The position numbers and the translations under genes were made by a program. A model generated the notes under the pieces. The model did not search any database and was not told the origin of the DNA. It was given only the letters and a program-made list of their open reading frames with translations. Source: Firmicutes bacterium UBA5449 (GTDB lineage Bacteria > Bacillota > SHA-98 > UBA4971). Taken from it: a stretch of 64,000 bases of DNA. Where the stretch lies: positions 226,335 to 290,334 of the forward strand of contig DIQZ01000035.1 of NCBI GenBank assembly GCA_002424305.1. Reading direction: 5' to 3'. Below, piece by piece: positions 48,081 to 57,388 of this stretch; the stretch's first letter is position 1; each line of letters starts with the position of its first letter.

Positions 48081-49031
48081 TCATGCCCAGCGCTTTTCCA
48101 CTTTCACGTCCTTGAAGAAATATGTGCAGATCTGCTCGTGACGTTTTCCCGTCTTTGCCATATTATGTGCACCCCACTGCGATAATCCGACTCCGTGGCC
48201 GAATCCTTTGCCTTCCATCATGACTTTGCCATTCTTCACTTCCAGGCTTGTCAGGTAATTTGACCTCATGCGCATTGGATCTAAGGCAACACGGAAGTTA
48301 TTTCCTCCGATAGTGGTCGTACTGCCTGAATGCTGAATAGCTATTATCTCCGCCCGTCCTGAGGGTCCTCGCTTAGCTATTGTCAAGTCTTGAATGCCTT
48401 TGACATTCAGTCCGACTTCAGCAAGGGCAGCTTCAATCTCACCTGTGGAGAACTCCGCTTTCCATCTTCGATCAGAAAGAGGCACATCTTCTGTGTCATC
48501 AGGGCTATCCTTGACAACGGTATACGTGGGCTCCGGGCCGGAGAAATTTAGGCCTTCTTTTGCTAACGCTGTTTTCCCGCCTGCGTTTGAATGGAACCAT
48601 GCATTAATTAGCTTTCCTCCCTCAGTCAAGACCTTTCCGCGTGTCGCTTTGACAGCTGCCTTTATTGCGTCGTTGACATTTTCAGGCTTGTACTCCTGAG
48701 CCTCCTTAAACCCGGCCTCTATATCCGAGCCCATAGGACCTGATCCACGCTTTTCTTCCAGCGTCTTCAGGGCAAAGGTTCGTGCTACTATGGCCTGAGC
48801 AGCAAGGGCTTCGTGAGGCCAGTAGTTCTTCATCTCACCTCCGACTACTGCTGCGATGTACTCCTCCATAGGCATTTCCAGAACCTTCTTCTCATCATCA
48901 ATGTACACCCTGATAGTTGGCTCCTTCCCAAGAGCAACTCGCCTTGATTTTGAAATTCCTAAGGATACGACAATTACGGCGAGGAGTCCAATACCAATCC
49001 AAGTTAAGGTTTTCCTGCGATTATCGATCAC
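48081..49031 (-). CDS. SpoIID/LytB-domain protein
   Basis: EEY...V.GEM...W..EAL.AQA...RT, G.G.GHGVGLSQWGA. Confidence 0.88.
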   Translation of the reverse strand: MIDNRRKTLTWIGIGLLAVIVVSLGISKSRRVALGKEPTIRVYIDDEKKVLEMPMEEYIAAVVGGEMKNYWPHEALAAQAIVARTFALKTLEEKRGSGPMGSDIEAGFKEAQEYKPENVNDAIKAAVKATRGKVLTEGGKLINAWFHSNAGGKTALAKEGLNFSGPEPTYTVVKDSPDDTEDVPLSDRRWKAEFSTGEIEAALAEVGLNVKGIQDLTIAKRGPSGRAEIIAIQHSGSTTTIGGNNFRVALDPMRMRSNYLTSLEVKNGKVMMEGKGFGHGVGLSQWGAHNMAKTGKRHEQICTYFFKDVKVEKRWA

Positions 49032-49183
49032 TAGTATTCGCCCTCCATTATGCGGATGTCATTTTGCATTAGTCTTCTGTAGGTATTATGCTCAAGGATA
49101 GGACATAGATAGCCATATATTGCTGTGACTGTTAGACTAATCACCTTGACCCACCCACCTGGCTTTTCTTGGATAGGAATGTC

Positions 49184-49711
49184 GCATTGTTGTACTGTAT
49201 CTTAATGAACTTGTGGCTACAGGTAAATTGGATTGGAACGATAAGGTCAAGTACGACAGTGTAAAGGATTGGCAGGATGGGGCCGGAATACTACAGTTTG
49301 CAGCAAGGGACGGATCTGGCAAATCTCGCGATTATCATAAGTAACAACATTGCCTATAAGATGCTCACCCGTGATCTCGGTAGGGAGAACATTGTCGATT
49401 TCATGACACATCTCGGTGGCAAAATTGTGTTCCCTGAAGGCAAACACATGACCTTCGCCAAGGACATGTCACATTCCATATATCATGTGGCAATTCCCGG
49501 CAATCTGCCGGAAGGGGTAATTGTGGCGCGTAAGGAAGGTGACGTTGCGGGAGTTGCCAATGATATGGGGATAGTTTTCGCGGACAACCCTTACATCCTG
49601 GTCGTTCTATCAAAGGGTGTGCCCGACATTGATGGGGGCTTTACCAGGATCACCAAAATATCGCAAGTGGTCTATGACTACCACAAAGCAGTCTCAGATA
49701 ATATTCAATAA
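49184..49711 (+). pseudogene. Decayed class A beta-lactamase-like serine hydrolase
   Basis: An upstream frame reads IVVLYLNELVATGKLDWNDKV...GAGILQFAARDG, then shifts into LANLAIIISNNIAYKML...KEG...NDMGIV..PYILVVLS. No start, signal peptide or SxxK; SDN has become SNN; the middle looks deleted. Confidence 0.7.
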
Positions 49712-49713
49712 TC

Positions 49714-50097
49714 TTATACCAGGCACCCAATGAATATGCCTACAGCGGAAATAGGCGTAAGAATGACAGCAAACAGCACTGCTCGTTCAAGAGCCAATGT
49801 TGAAACCAAGCCTAATTGGCCGGCTATACCAAGGAGTGACGGTAGGGCCAAAACGCATCCTGCTAAGATGAGGCCCAGTACAATACTGGCAAAACCGGCA
49901 AATACTCCCTTAGCTACTGAAGGAGTCAACATGCCCAAGAGGAACCCGGTAAGGAGCGCCCCGAGAAACACTAAGACCATGCCGTACTCCGCGGCAACTC
50001 CAAAAGGCGCAAGGAGCGGAAGAGCCTGAACGGTGAAAAGACTACACATGAATATCCCCATCAGTATGATACCTAAGACTGTTTTTGTTCGGTCCAT
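49714..50097 (-). CDS. Small 4-TM hypothetical protein
   Basis: Hydrophobic 127-aa ORF coupled to the upstream gene (1-nt overlap, GGAGG RBS). Confidence 0.7.
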   Translation of the reverse strand: MDRTKTVLGIILMGIFMCSLFTVQALPLLAPFGVAAEYGMVLVFLGALLTGFLLGMLTPSVAKGVFAGFASIVLGLILAGCVLALPSLLGIAGQLGLVSTLALERAVLFAVILTPISAVGIFIGCLV

Positions 50098-50603
50098 TAG
50101 TCATGGCCTCCTTCCAATGGTATTAAGGCGTGCGTAACAAAAAGCTTCGAGCCTAAATACGGCATATCAAGAAGGCCTGATACCCTTATGGACCAATTGT
50201 CTCCGCCCCTGTTAACAATCTCTTTCTTCGTATAGGGCACCTCAATTCTGAGCACCGTATCTCTTTCGCTTCCTTGCGGCAACTCAAGCCGGTTACTCAT
50301 GAAATCGTAATTCTGACCCCATACATACTGCCTGTCAATGTATACTATGGCACGCATAGATATGATGGATAAATCCCATTTGCTTTGATTCCTGAGGTCT
50401 ACACCTATCCCAAGCACGTACTCTGAGTTCTCTTGCTCGCATGTTATCTCTGATACCGCAATATGGAACCTGGCAGCTGCCGTTGATGCGTTAAGATAGT
50501 TCTTGGCAGTCACCCACGTAAGTCCTATTGCGCATAATGCTAACAGCCCCATGACAGCAAGAACTACGCTGCTTCTATGGGCACGCCCATTATTTGCTTT
50601 CAT
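50097..50603 (-). CDS. Membrane-anchored hypothetical protein (LEA_2-like fold possible)
   Basis: N-terminal TM, then beta-rich 'LRNQS..DL.I' segment; GGAGG RBS. Confidence 0.65.
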   Translation of the reverse strand: MKANNGRAHRSSVVLAVMGLLALCAIGLTWVTAKNYLNASTAAARFHIAVSEITCEQENSEYVLGIGVDLRNQSKWDLSIISMRAIVYIDRQYVWGQNYDFMSNRLELPQGSERDTVLRIEVPYTKKEIVNRGGDNWSIRVSGLLDMPYLGSKLFVTHALIPLEGGHD

Positions 50604-50709
50604 AGAGCCTCCCGACTAAGGTTATTGTCACGGTCTTACAGAGGAACACTCATGACCCATTCATGTTATATGCTAGGGGTCATGAGCCTAGAAGACCCTT
50701 TGCACCACA

Positions 50710-51744
50710 TTATCCCAGGGCAAAATGGCACGCTACCATGTGATTATTCTCAGCTTCCACCAATTCAGGTTCTACCTCTTTGCAGATATCCCGACATACC
50801 GGGCATCTGGGATGGAGCCTACATCCACTGGGAGGATTAACCGGGTTGGGAACTTCTCCGCTTAGGACTTTCCCAAAACCCTTTTTCTTCGGATCCGGAA
50901 CAAAGACAGCGCCGATTAGAGCCCTGGTATATGGATGTAGAGGATGCTTAACAAGACTATCAGTCGGCCCCTTCTCAACGATCTTTCCTAAATACATGAC
51001 TGCTATCCTATCGCATATGTGACGGGCAGTGGCAAGATCATGAGTAATGTAGAGGAATGTGACACCTCTCTCACGACATAGGTTCAACATTAAGTTAAGG
51101 ATCTCACCGCGAATGGATACGTCAAGCATAGATACGGGTTCATCCGCGACTATGAACTCAGGATCCAATACAAGCGCCCTCGCTACAGCGATCCTCTGTC
51201 TCTGACCACCTGACAGCTCATGTGGATATCTAAAGAGATATTCCTCAGGAGGTGTCATTTCAACGTCTTCGAGCGCTTTTTCAATGTAAGGACGAGCGTC
51301 CACTGCGTTTTTTACGATTCCTTGTATTCTCAAGGGCTCTGCGATAATCCTGGACACATCGAGTCTGGGATTCATTGACTCGTAAGGATCCTGGAAAATA
51401 ATTTGCATTCTTCTCCTGAGTTTCTTTACCTCTTCAGGATCTAACGCAGTTACGTCAGTATCTTCAAATACTACCTTACCATCTGTAGGCTCGAGCAACC
51501 TAAGTATAGTCCTACCCATGGTTGTCTTACCACACCCTGATTCACCGACAACCCCAAAGAGTTCCCCCTTCTTGACATTGAAGGTCACCCCGTCAACAGC
51601 CTTTACTGCTAGGTCCGGACCTCCTTTTAGGGACTGTGCGAATCCTCGGCGCAGGGGAAAGTATTTCACAAGGTTTTCTACGTCAAGAATAACTTCGCCG
51701 TGTCCTACGCGTCTCTCCTCGTCAGTTGCTCTCACTGCTCCCAT
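50710..51744 (-). CDS. oppF: Peptide ABC transporter ATPase
   Basis: GESGCGKT, FQDPYES, LSGGQRQR, HPYT, C-terminal Cys motif. Confidence 0.88.
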   Translation of the reverse strand: MGAVRATDEERRVGHGEVILDVENLVKYFPLRRGFAQSLKGGPDLAVKAVDGVTFNVKKGELFGVVGESGCGKTTMGRTILRLLEPTDGKVVFEDTDVTALDPEEVKKLRRRMQIIFQDPYESMNPRLDVSRIIAEPLRIQGIVKNAVDARPYIEKALEDVEMTPPEEYLFRYPHELSGGQRQRIAVARALVLDPEFIVADEPVSMLDVSIRGEILNLMLNLCRERGVTFLYITHDLATARHICDRIAVMYLGKIVEKGPTDSLVKHPLHPYTRALIGAVFVPDPKKKGFGKVLSGEVPNPVNPPSGCRLHPRCPVCRDICKEVEPELVEAENNHMVACHFALG

Positions 51745-52724
51745 ATGTCGACCCCCCTCTCGAGCATATCTACCTTATGACAGGCGACCTTATGACTGTT
51801 TGAACCAATCTCAATGAGCCTTGGCTCTTCTTCCATACATGTCCTATCTGCCAACGGACACCTCGGATGAAACCTACAGCCTTCGGGGGGCGCCAGCAAG
51901 TTAGGTGGAAATCCAGGTAATGACCTTACACGAGTTCTCTCAGCTTTAATATTGGGAAACGCTTTTACAAGCCCCATGCCATATGGGTGCGTCGGATTCT
52001 CATAGACATCTATAACACTGCCATACTCTACGATCTTCCCGGCATACATAATGGCAATTTTGTCACACGTCTGTGCAATCACTGAAAGGTCATGAGTGAT
52101 AAGCATCATAGATAGATCCAGTCTCTTCCTCAAGTCTTCCATAGCCTTCAGCACCTGTGATTGAACCATAACATCAAGGGCCGTGGTAGGTTCATCAGCG
52201 ACAATAACGTCAGGATTACAAGCGAGGGCCATAGCGATAACAACTCTTTGCTTCATACCTCCGCTGAACTCATGGGGATACTCCTTGAATCTCTTTGGGT
52301 TAATACCTACCATATCAAGAAGTTGCTCAGTTCGTTCTACGGCCTCAGCATGAGGTATGTCTTCGTGCGTTAATATAGCCTCAACGATTTGATCCCCTAT
52401 TCGATGCACAGGGTTAAGAGCGTTCATTGCACCTTGGAACACCATTGAAATTTTCTTCCACCGAATGGACTCTCTGAATGTTTCATCATCTAGTTTGAGG
52501 ATTTCAACGCCGTCCAGTGTAATTGACCCTCCATGGATCTTTCCATTACTGGGAAGGAGCCTGAGGACTGTATTGGCCATGCTCGATTTGCCGCATCCGG
52601 ACTCGCCTGCTATACCTAAGGCTTCGCCTCTTTCAATATCGAAGCTCACAGAGTCAACTGCCTTCACATGACCGCGAAGGGTCTTGTAATACATCTTGAG
52701 GTCTCGTACTTCTAGTAGAGCCAT
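51732..52724 (-). CDS. oppD: Peptide ABC transporter ATPase
   Basis: GESGCGKS, FQGAMNALNP, FSGGMKQR, ADEPTTALDV. Confidence 0.88.
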   Translation of the reverse strand: MALLEVRDLKMYYKTLRGHVKAVDSVSFDIERGEALGIAGESGCGKSSMANTVLRLLPSNGKIHGGSITLDGVEILKLDDETFRESIRWKKISMVFQGAMNALNPVHRIGDQIVEAILTHEDIPHAEAVERTEQLLDMVGINPKRFKEYPHEFSGGMKQRVVIAMALACNPDVIVADEPTTALDVMVQSQVLKAMEDLRKRLDLSMMLITHDLSVIAQTCDKIAIMYAGKIVEYGSVIDVYENPTHPYGMGLVKAFPNIKAERTRVRSLPGFPPNLLAPPEGCRFHPRCPLADRTCMEEEPRLIEIGSNSHKVACHKVDMLERGVDIWEQ

Positions 52725-52726
52725 GG

Positions 52727-54226
52727 TTATGATCTCTCCCTATACCTTGGATTGAGGATCTCATTGACTGTATTGCCAATGAACACAAAGGCAAGGCTCA
52801 AGAATGTAATAGCCAGCCCAGGCGGCACCAGCCACCACCATGCAAGCGTGGTGAATGCGCCAAATCCCCTCGCGTTGTGTAACATACGTCCCCAGGTGGC
52901 GACCCGTGGGTCACCGAGTCCCAAGAAGCTAAGGGAGGCCTCTGTCAATATTGCTGACGGAATCCGAAGTACCATTCCGGCAAATACAAGAGGCAGTACG
53001 TTAGGCAGTATATGAGTAATCATCACGTAAGCGTCTGAAGCGCCTGATGCCTTGGCAGCCTCCACAAACACGCGCTCCCTCAACGATAGAGTCTGTGAGC
53101 GAACCAGTCGCGCTGTACCCATCCAAGCAAAAGCTGAAATCAAAAGAACGATATTCCAAACGCTCTTTCCAAGTATCGCTCCGAGAATGATGAGGATAGG
53201 TAAGGTAGGAATTGCCATGAGGACATCGACAACTCTCATCATGAACTCATCAACAACTCCGCCTAAATACCCACATATTATTCCGACCGCAGTTCCCACA
53301 GCGACAGAAATAGCCGCAGCGGAAAGGCCTATGGAAAGGGAGATTCTTGTGCCGTAGACCAACTGCGCCCAGAGGTCTGCGCCCATGTGATCCGCGCCTA
53401 GTACGCCGTGCACCATACCAGGAATATAGAACACTGTGTCACTAATGCATACGCGCGTCGGTTCTTCTCCTGAGGTGGCTTTTGCTGTTAAGACAAGTCT
53501 ATAATCACCTTTTGACGAGAATATTCTCGGAGCAGGGTCGTCGAAAATCGTAAGGCCCAGTCTCTGTTTGAGAGTCAAGTCTCTTGAGTCTATTCTCGCA
53601 GGCTGACTTCCGAGAGCACCCGAATATGATTTCCCCCACAGGTTGAACTCTTTCCCTTCAGGCGTCTCGATAACAAACTGCAATTCTGTCTTGGAATCAG
53701 GTGATGCGTCAATCCAGTAATTGAACGTCAAGCCGAAGGTTTTCGGAGGGCTATACGTATATGGCACCACATATGAAAGCTCAACAACGCTCATATCCGG
53801 CTCTTTTTCATACGCATCAGCGAATTCACTGTCTTCAAAGGCGTCAGCTTCACCTTCCGCAATGACATCGCCGCTAAATACAGGGTCGAACCCAATAACA
53901 GTGATAGTCTTGCCGTCCTGTTCTTGCGAGGATAGTTTTCCGCCTGTCGCTTCGCTGACAGTCCATTCATTAGGACCTAGATCTGTCCGAACGGTTGAAG
54001 GCGCATCGTTGTACTGTGGCACAACTGACCTAAACCATACAGGAGCAGCTATCCTGTCTGCCAAAAGAATTTGCTTAGGATTATAGGGGGTTAAAAAGGG
54101 AGCAAAGATTGCGACAAAAATATAGACTAGAACGATGAACAACCCAACCATGCCCAGGGGTTTACGCTTGTACTGCTCCCAAAAAGTCGGGGCACTAATT
54201 CCATTTTGCGCTCCATTCTTGCTCAT
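52727..54226 (-). CDS. oppC: Peptide ABC permease with a large extracytoplasmic insert
   Basis: LGADHMG.D, EAA motif FVEAAKASGA, EASLSFLGLG; ~200-aa soluble insert after TM1. Confidence 0.85.
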   Translation of the reverse strand: MSKNGAQNGISAPTFWEQYKRKPLGMVGLFIVLVYIFVAIFAPFLTPYNPKQILLADRIAAPVWFRSVVPQYNDAPSTVRTDLGPNEWTVSEATGGKLSSQEQDGKTITVIGFDPVFSGDVIAEGEADAFEDSEFADAYEKEPDMSVVELSYVVPYTYSPPKTFGLTFNYWIDASPDSKTELQFVIETPEGKEFNLWGKSYSGALGSQPARIDSRDLTLKQRLGLTIFDDPAPRIFSSKGDYRLVLTAKATSGEEPTRVCISDTVFYIPGMVHGVLGADHMGADLWAQLVYGTRISLSIGLSAAAISVAVGTAVGIICGYLGGVVDEFMMRVVDVLMAIPTLPILIILGAILGKSVWNIVLLISAFAWMGTARLVRSQTLSLRERVFVEAAKASGASDAYVMITHILPNVLPLVFAGMVLRIPSAILTEASLSFLGLGDPRVATWGRMLHNARGFGAFTTLAWWWLVPPGLAITFLSLAFVFIGNTVNEILNPRYRERS

Positions 54227-55206
54227 TTTGCTCCACCCTCCCCTACTCGAATCCTGGGATCAACAATTCCGTAGACAATATCAGCTGCCAGATTGCAGAT
54301 CACGACCGCCAATGCAATCAGATAAAAAGCCCCTTGCGCTGCAGGGTAATCCTGCTGCATAACTGCGTCCATCAGATACTTGCCTACACCGTGCCAAGAA
54401 AAAATGGTCTCTGTAATAACAGCGCCTGATACCATCCCGGGAAGAGCCCCGAAGATCAATGTGATGATAGGAGGCAAAACACTTCTGAGGGCGTGGTGAC
54501 GCAAAACAGTGGTTTCCGGGAGGCCCTTTGCCCTGGCAGTAAGAATATAATCCTGGCCAAGGGCTTCAAGCATTGTGTTACGCGTGTAGAGGGCCCAAGA
54601 GCCGAAAGCCACAATTACATTGCTCCCTGCAGGCAAAATCAAGTGATGAATTCTGTCCAAAGCCTGCAAGAGGAACCCATCAGGCGGTGGAGCACTCATA
54701 GTACCATGTATCGGTAAGATCGGGATGTAGTAGCCAAATAGCATAAGTAGAAGCAACTGTATCCAAAACGTGGGTACTGCATAGGTAAAAAGACCCGCCC
54801 CTGTCACAAAGTTGTCTCCGAATGTCCCTCGTTTCGATGCAGTGTAGACCCCTACCGAAATACCAATAATAGTTGTAAAGATAAAACTTGTCAAGAAAAG
54901 CACTGCGGTATTGGGAAGCCTTTCCTTTAACTCGTTGACAACAGGCCTCCTCGTAGAGAAGGATAACCCCAAGTCAAACTTCAAGAGATTGCCAACATAC
55001 TTTAAATATTGAACAATCGGGGGATCATCAAGTCCGAACTGTCTCTTAAGTTCGGCTATGGCTTCCGGAGTAAACATAGGGTCTATTATCATTTTTGTAG
55101 CATCTCCGGGCATGAGTCGGAAAATAGCAAAGTTAAACGTCATGATGACGAATAACACTATCACTGCATAGCCCAGTCTTCTTAAGACATACCTTGAAAA
55201 GCCCAA
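54223..55206 (-). CDS. oppB: Peptide ABC permease
   Basis: MPGD, FGLDDP, RLPNT, TARAKG, ETIFSW.G.G. Confidence 0.88.
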   Translation of the reverse strand: MGFSRYVLRRLGYAVIVLFVIMTFNFAIFRLMPGDATKMIIDPMFTPEAIAELKRQFGLDDPPIVQYLKYVGNLLKFDLGLSFSTRRPVVNELKERLPNTAVLFLTSFIFTTIIGISVGVYTASKRGTFGDNFVTGAGLFTYAVPTFWIQLLLLMLFGYYIPILPIHGTMSAPPPDGFLLQALDRIHHLILPAGSNVIVAFGSWALYTRNTMLEALGQDYILTARAKGLPETTVLRHHALRSVLPPIITLIFGALPGMVSGAVITETIFSWHGVGKYLMDAVMQQDYPAAQGAFYLIALAVVICNLAADIVYGIVDPRIRVGEGGAK

Positions 55207-55270
55207 ATAGCCTCACCTCACTAACCTACCTGGCCGGTAACCTTAGAGTGGCAACCGACCCCTACCTAAT

Positions 55271-55300
55271 TCCGCCGCCCCAGATGCCCGGGGCGGCGGA
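55271..55300 (-). terminator. Strong hairpin between oppA and oppB (stabiliser or attenuator)
   Basis: 11-bp stem TCCGCCGCCCC/GGGGCGGCGGA with no long U-tract. Confidence 0.6.
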
Positions 55301-55354
55301 TATGTTCCAGGGATTAATATCTATTCTTTGAACTCCATCCGGATACTTGCTTTC

Positions 55355-57043
55355 TTACTTGCTAAGTCTCCAGTAAATCGGGTTCTTCTTCAGTCTGACA
55401 TACTCGCCCACCTTGTACTGGTCTAGGATGAACGGACCCTGTCCGATGGCCTTGGTGAGGCCTGGAACTGTTGGATGAGACTCAAGCCACGGCTCAAAGG
55501 TCTTATAATCCTTTACGTCCTTCCAGATCCATTCCGGTAGGAAGGATAGGTCAGCGTGATATAGATGCCAGTAGCTCTCAGTTGAGAAGTAGACCTTGGC
55601 GGTGTATTCGTCAGGAGTCTCTACCTTGACAACTTCATTGACTGAGGAGAGGTATCTTGGAACCTTGTTATCACGCAGGTACTCAATGGTGAACTTGATA
55701 TCCTTGGATGTAAATGGGGTAGTATCCTGCCACTTGATACCCTTCTCCAGATGCCACGTGACAACAGTACCCTTCTTGCCGGGTTCAGGCTCCCAAGTGC
55801 CAACCTCCCAGCTCTTGGCCATCCAAGGCATGTCTTCCATAGTCTCAGGGTTGACTTCCATCAAGTTGTCGTAGAGCCTACCGAGAACTTCCCACTCGTA
55901 AGCGCTACTTGAGGTACATGGGTTGAGAACTTTCGGCTCTTCAGGAAGCAGCCAGCGAATAGTTCCGCCTTTACCTCTAACTGGCTTAACATTAAGAGTC
56001 GTCCACTTGTTTTGATAGTTGGCTGCGCCATAACCATGCATTGGCACATAACCTGTAAACTTATCCTTACGGAATGCGTCCATGTAAGGTCTGGAGTACA
56101 GTACAGTGTACGGCTGCCTTCTGGCAAGAATGACCTGTGCTTCGTCAGCTGCCTTCTTTGCAACTTCCTCACTAGGTGCATAATAGAGGGCTTCAAGAAC
56201 CTTGTCTAGTTCAGCGTCGCGGATACCGGGCCTGTTGTAGCCGGCTTCAACATCATTAGATGAGTGGAAGAAGCTGTGTAACGAGGTAGGTATACGGCTT
56301 AGACCCCAGGCCAACATATACATGTCGAACTCTGCCATATCTAGTTTATCCAGCATAACCGGGAAGTCCATTGGCTCCGGCTCGATAGGCAGGTTTATTG
56401 CCTGGCAAGCTTCAGCAATGATCTTTCCTAGTTCTGCGGAAGTCGGAGCAACCTCATATGTAGGTGTAAAAATAGTCATCTTACGCAAAGGTTTTCCGGT
56501 TGCAGGATCAATTCGAATACCGGTGGCCGGATCTACCGTGTAGCCGGCTTTATCCAGAAGCTTCTTGGCCTCTTCCGGATTATATGGGAAACGAGGTATA
56601 TCTTCTTTGTAGAATCCACTGGATGGAGGCACGAATGTAGCCATAGGCAGCATATAGCCCTCAAAAAGTGTCTGGATAATATTGTCACGGTCTATGACGT
56701 GTGCGATAGCTTGACGGAGAACATCTGCATCAAGAGGCCCACGCCTCATGTTGTAGCATAGATAGAACATATGGAAACCATAATTCATCGTGAGCTCCGC
56801 ATTGGGATTAGCCTTTATCTTGTTAATGTCAGCAGGCCTTGTCAGGCCGGGTAACACGTCAACATCACCACGGTTGAACGCGATGAGTTGTGCCTCACTG
56901 TCTTTAATAATCGGCATGATAATCTGATCGACTTGTGGCCCGTAAGGTTCCCACTTGACCTTCTGCTGGGCAGTGACGATTCCGCACGTCATAGCCAGAA
57001 TAAGGCAAATGGCAACAGGCAAAAGGAATCTTCTTAACTTCAC
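55355..57043 (-). CDS. oppA: Family 5 solute-binding protein, circularly permuted
   Basis: LRQAIAHVIDR and YNPEEAKKLL lie in the N-terminal half; LNP..LYD.L, W.D..PFT..D..FT and GPF...NP.YW lie at the C-terminus. GTG at 57043 with AAGGAGG RBS. Confidence 0.85.
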   Translation of the reverse strand: MKLRRFLLPVAICLILAMTCGIVTAQQKVKWEPYGPQVDQIIMPIIKDSEAQLIAFNRGDVDVLPGLTRPADINKIKANPNAELTMNYGFHMFYLCYNMRRGPLDADVLRQAIAHVIDRDNIIQTLFEGYMLPMATFVPPSSGFYKEDIPRFPYNPEEAKKLLDKAGYTVDPATGIRIDPATGKPLRKMTIFTPTYEVAPTSAELGKIIAEACQAINLPIEPEPMDFPVMLDKLDMAEFDMYMLAWGLSRIPTSLHSFFHSSNDVEAGYNRPGIRDAELDKVLEALYYAPSEEVAKKAADEAQVILARRQPYTVLYSRPYMDAFRKDKFTGYVPMHGYGAANYQNKWTTLNVKPVRGKGGTIRWLLPEEPKVLNPCTSSSAYEWEVLGRLYDNLMEVNPETMEDMPWMAKSWEVGTWEPEPGKKGTVVTWHLEKGIKWQDTTPFTSKDIKFTIEYLRDNKVPRYLSSVNEVVKVETPDEYTAKVYFSTESYWHLYHADLSFLPEWIWKDVKDYKTFEPWLESHPTVPGLTKAIGQGPFILDQYKVGEYVRLKKNPIYWRLSK

Positions 57044-57388
57044 GATTCTACCTCCTTTAGTCATGTTGTCTAAAGACCAATAAGACGTTAATCATATTCA
57101 ACACCTATACGACGCCCTTGGGGCTAGGTACCACCCCCTTGCCAGGTACTTACATATACTTAAGTAAATAGCTTTACCTTGCTTACCCATATAGTTCCTG
57201 GATAGATAGAAATAGGTTAGCTATGCAAGGCACATTATACATTTCCACATAGTCTTTGAAAATCCTTCTTTTACTTAAGCACAATGTAGCATATAGCAAT
57301 GAACTTAAAGCAATTATATCTAAACATACCTTATATTACCAGACCCATCATCATATTCATAATACTCACTCATTTCCTTAATGCCTGC

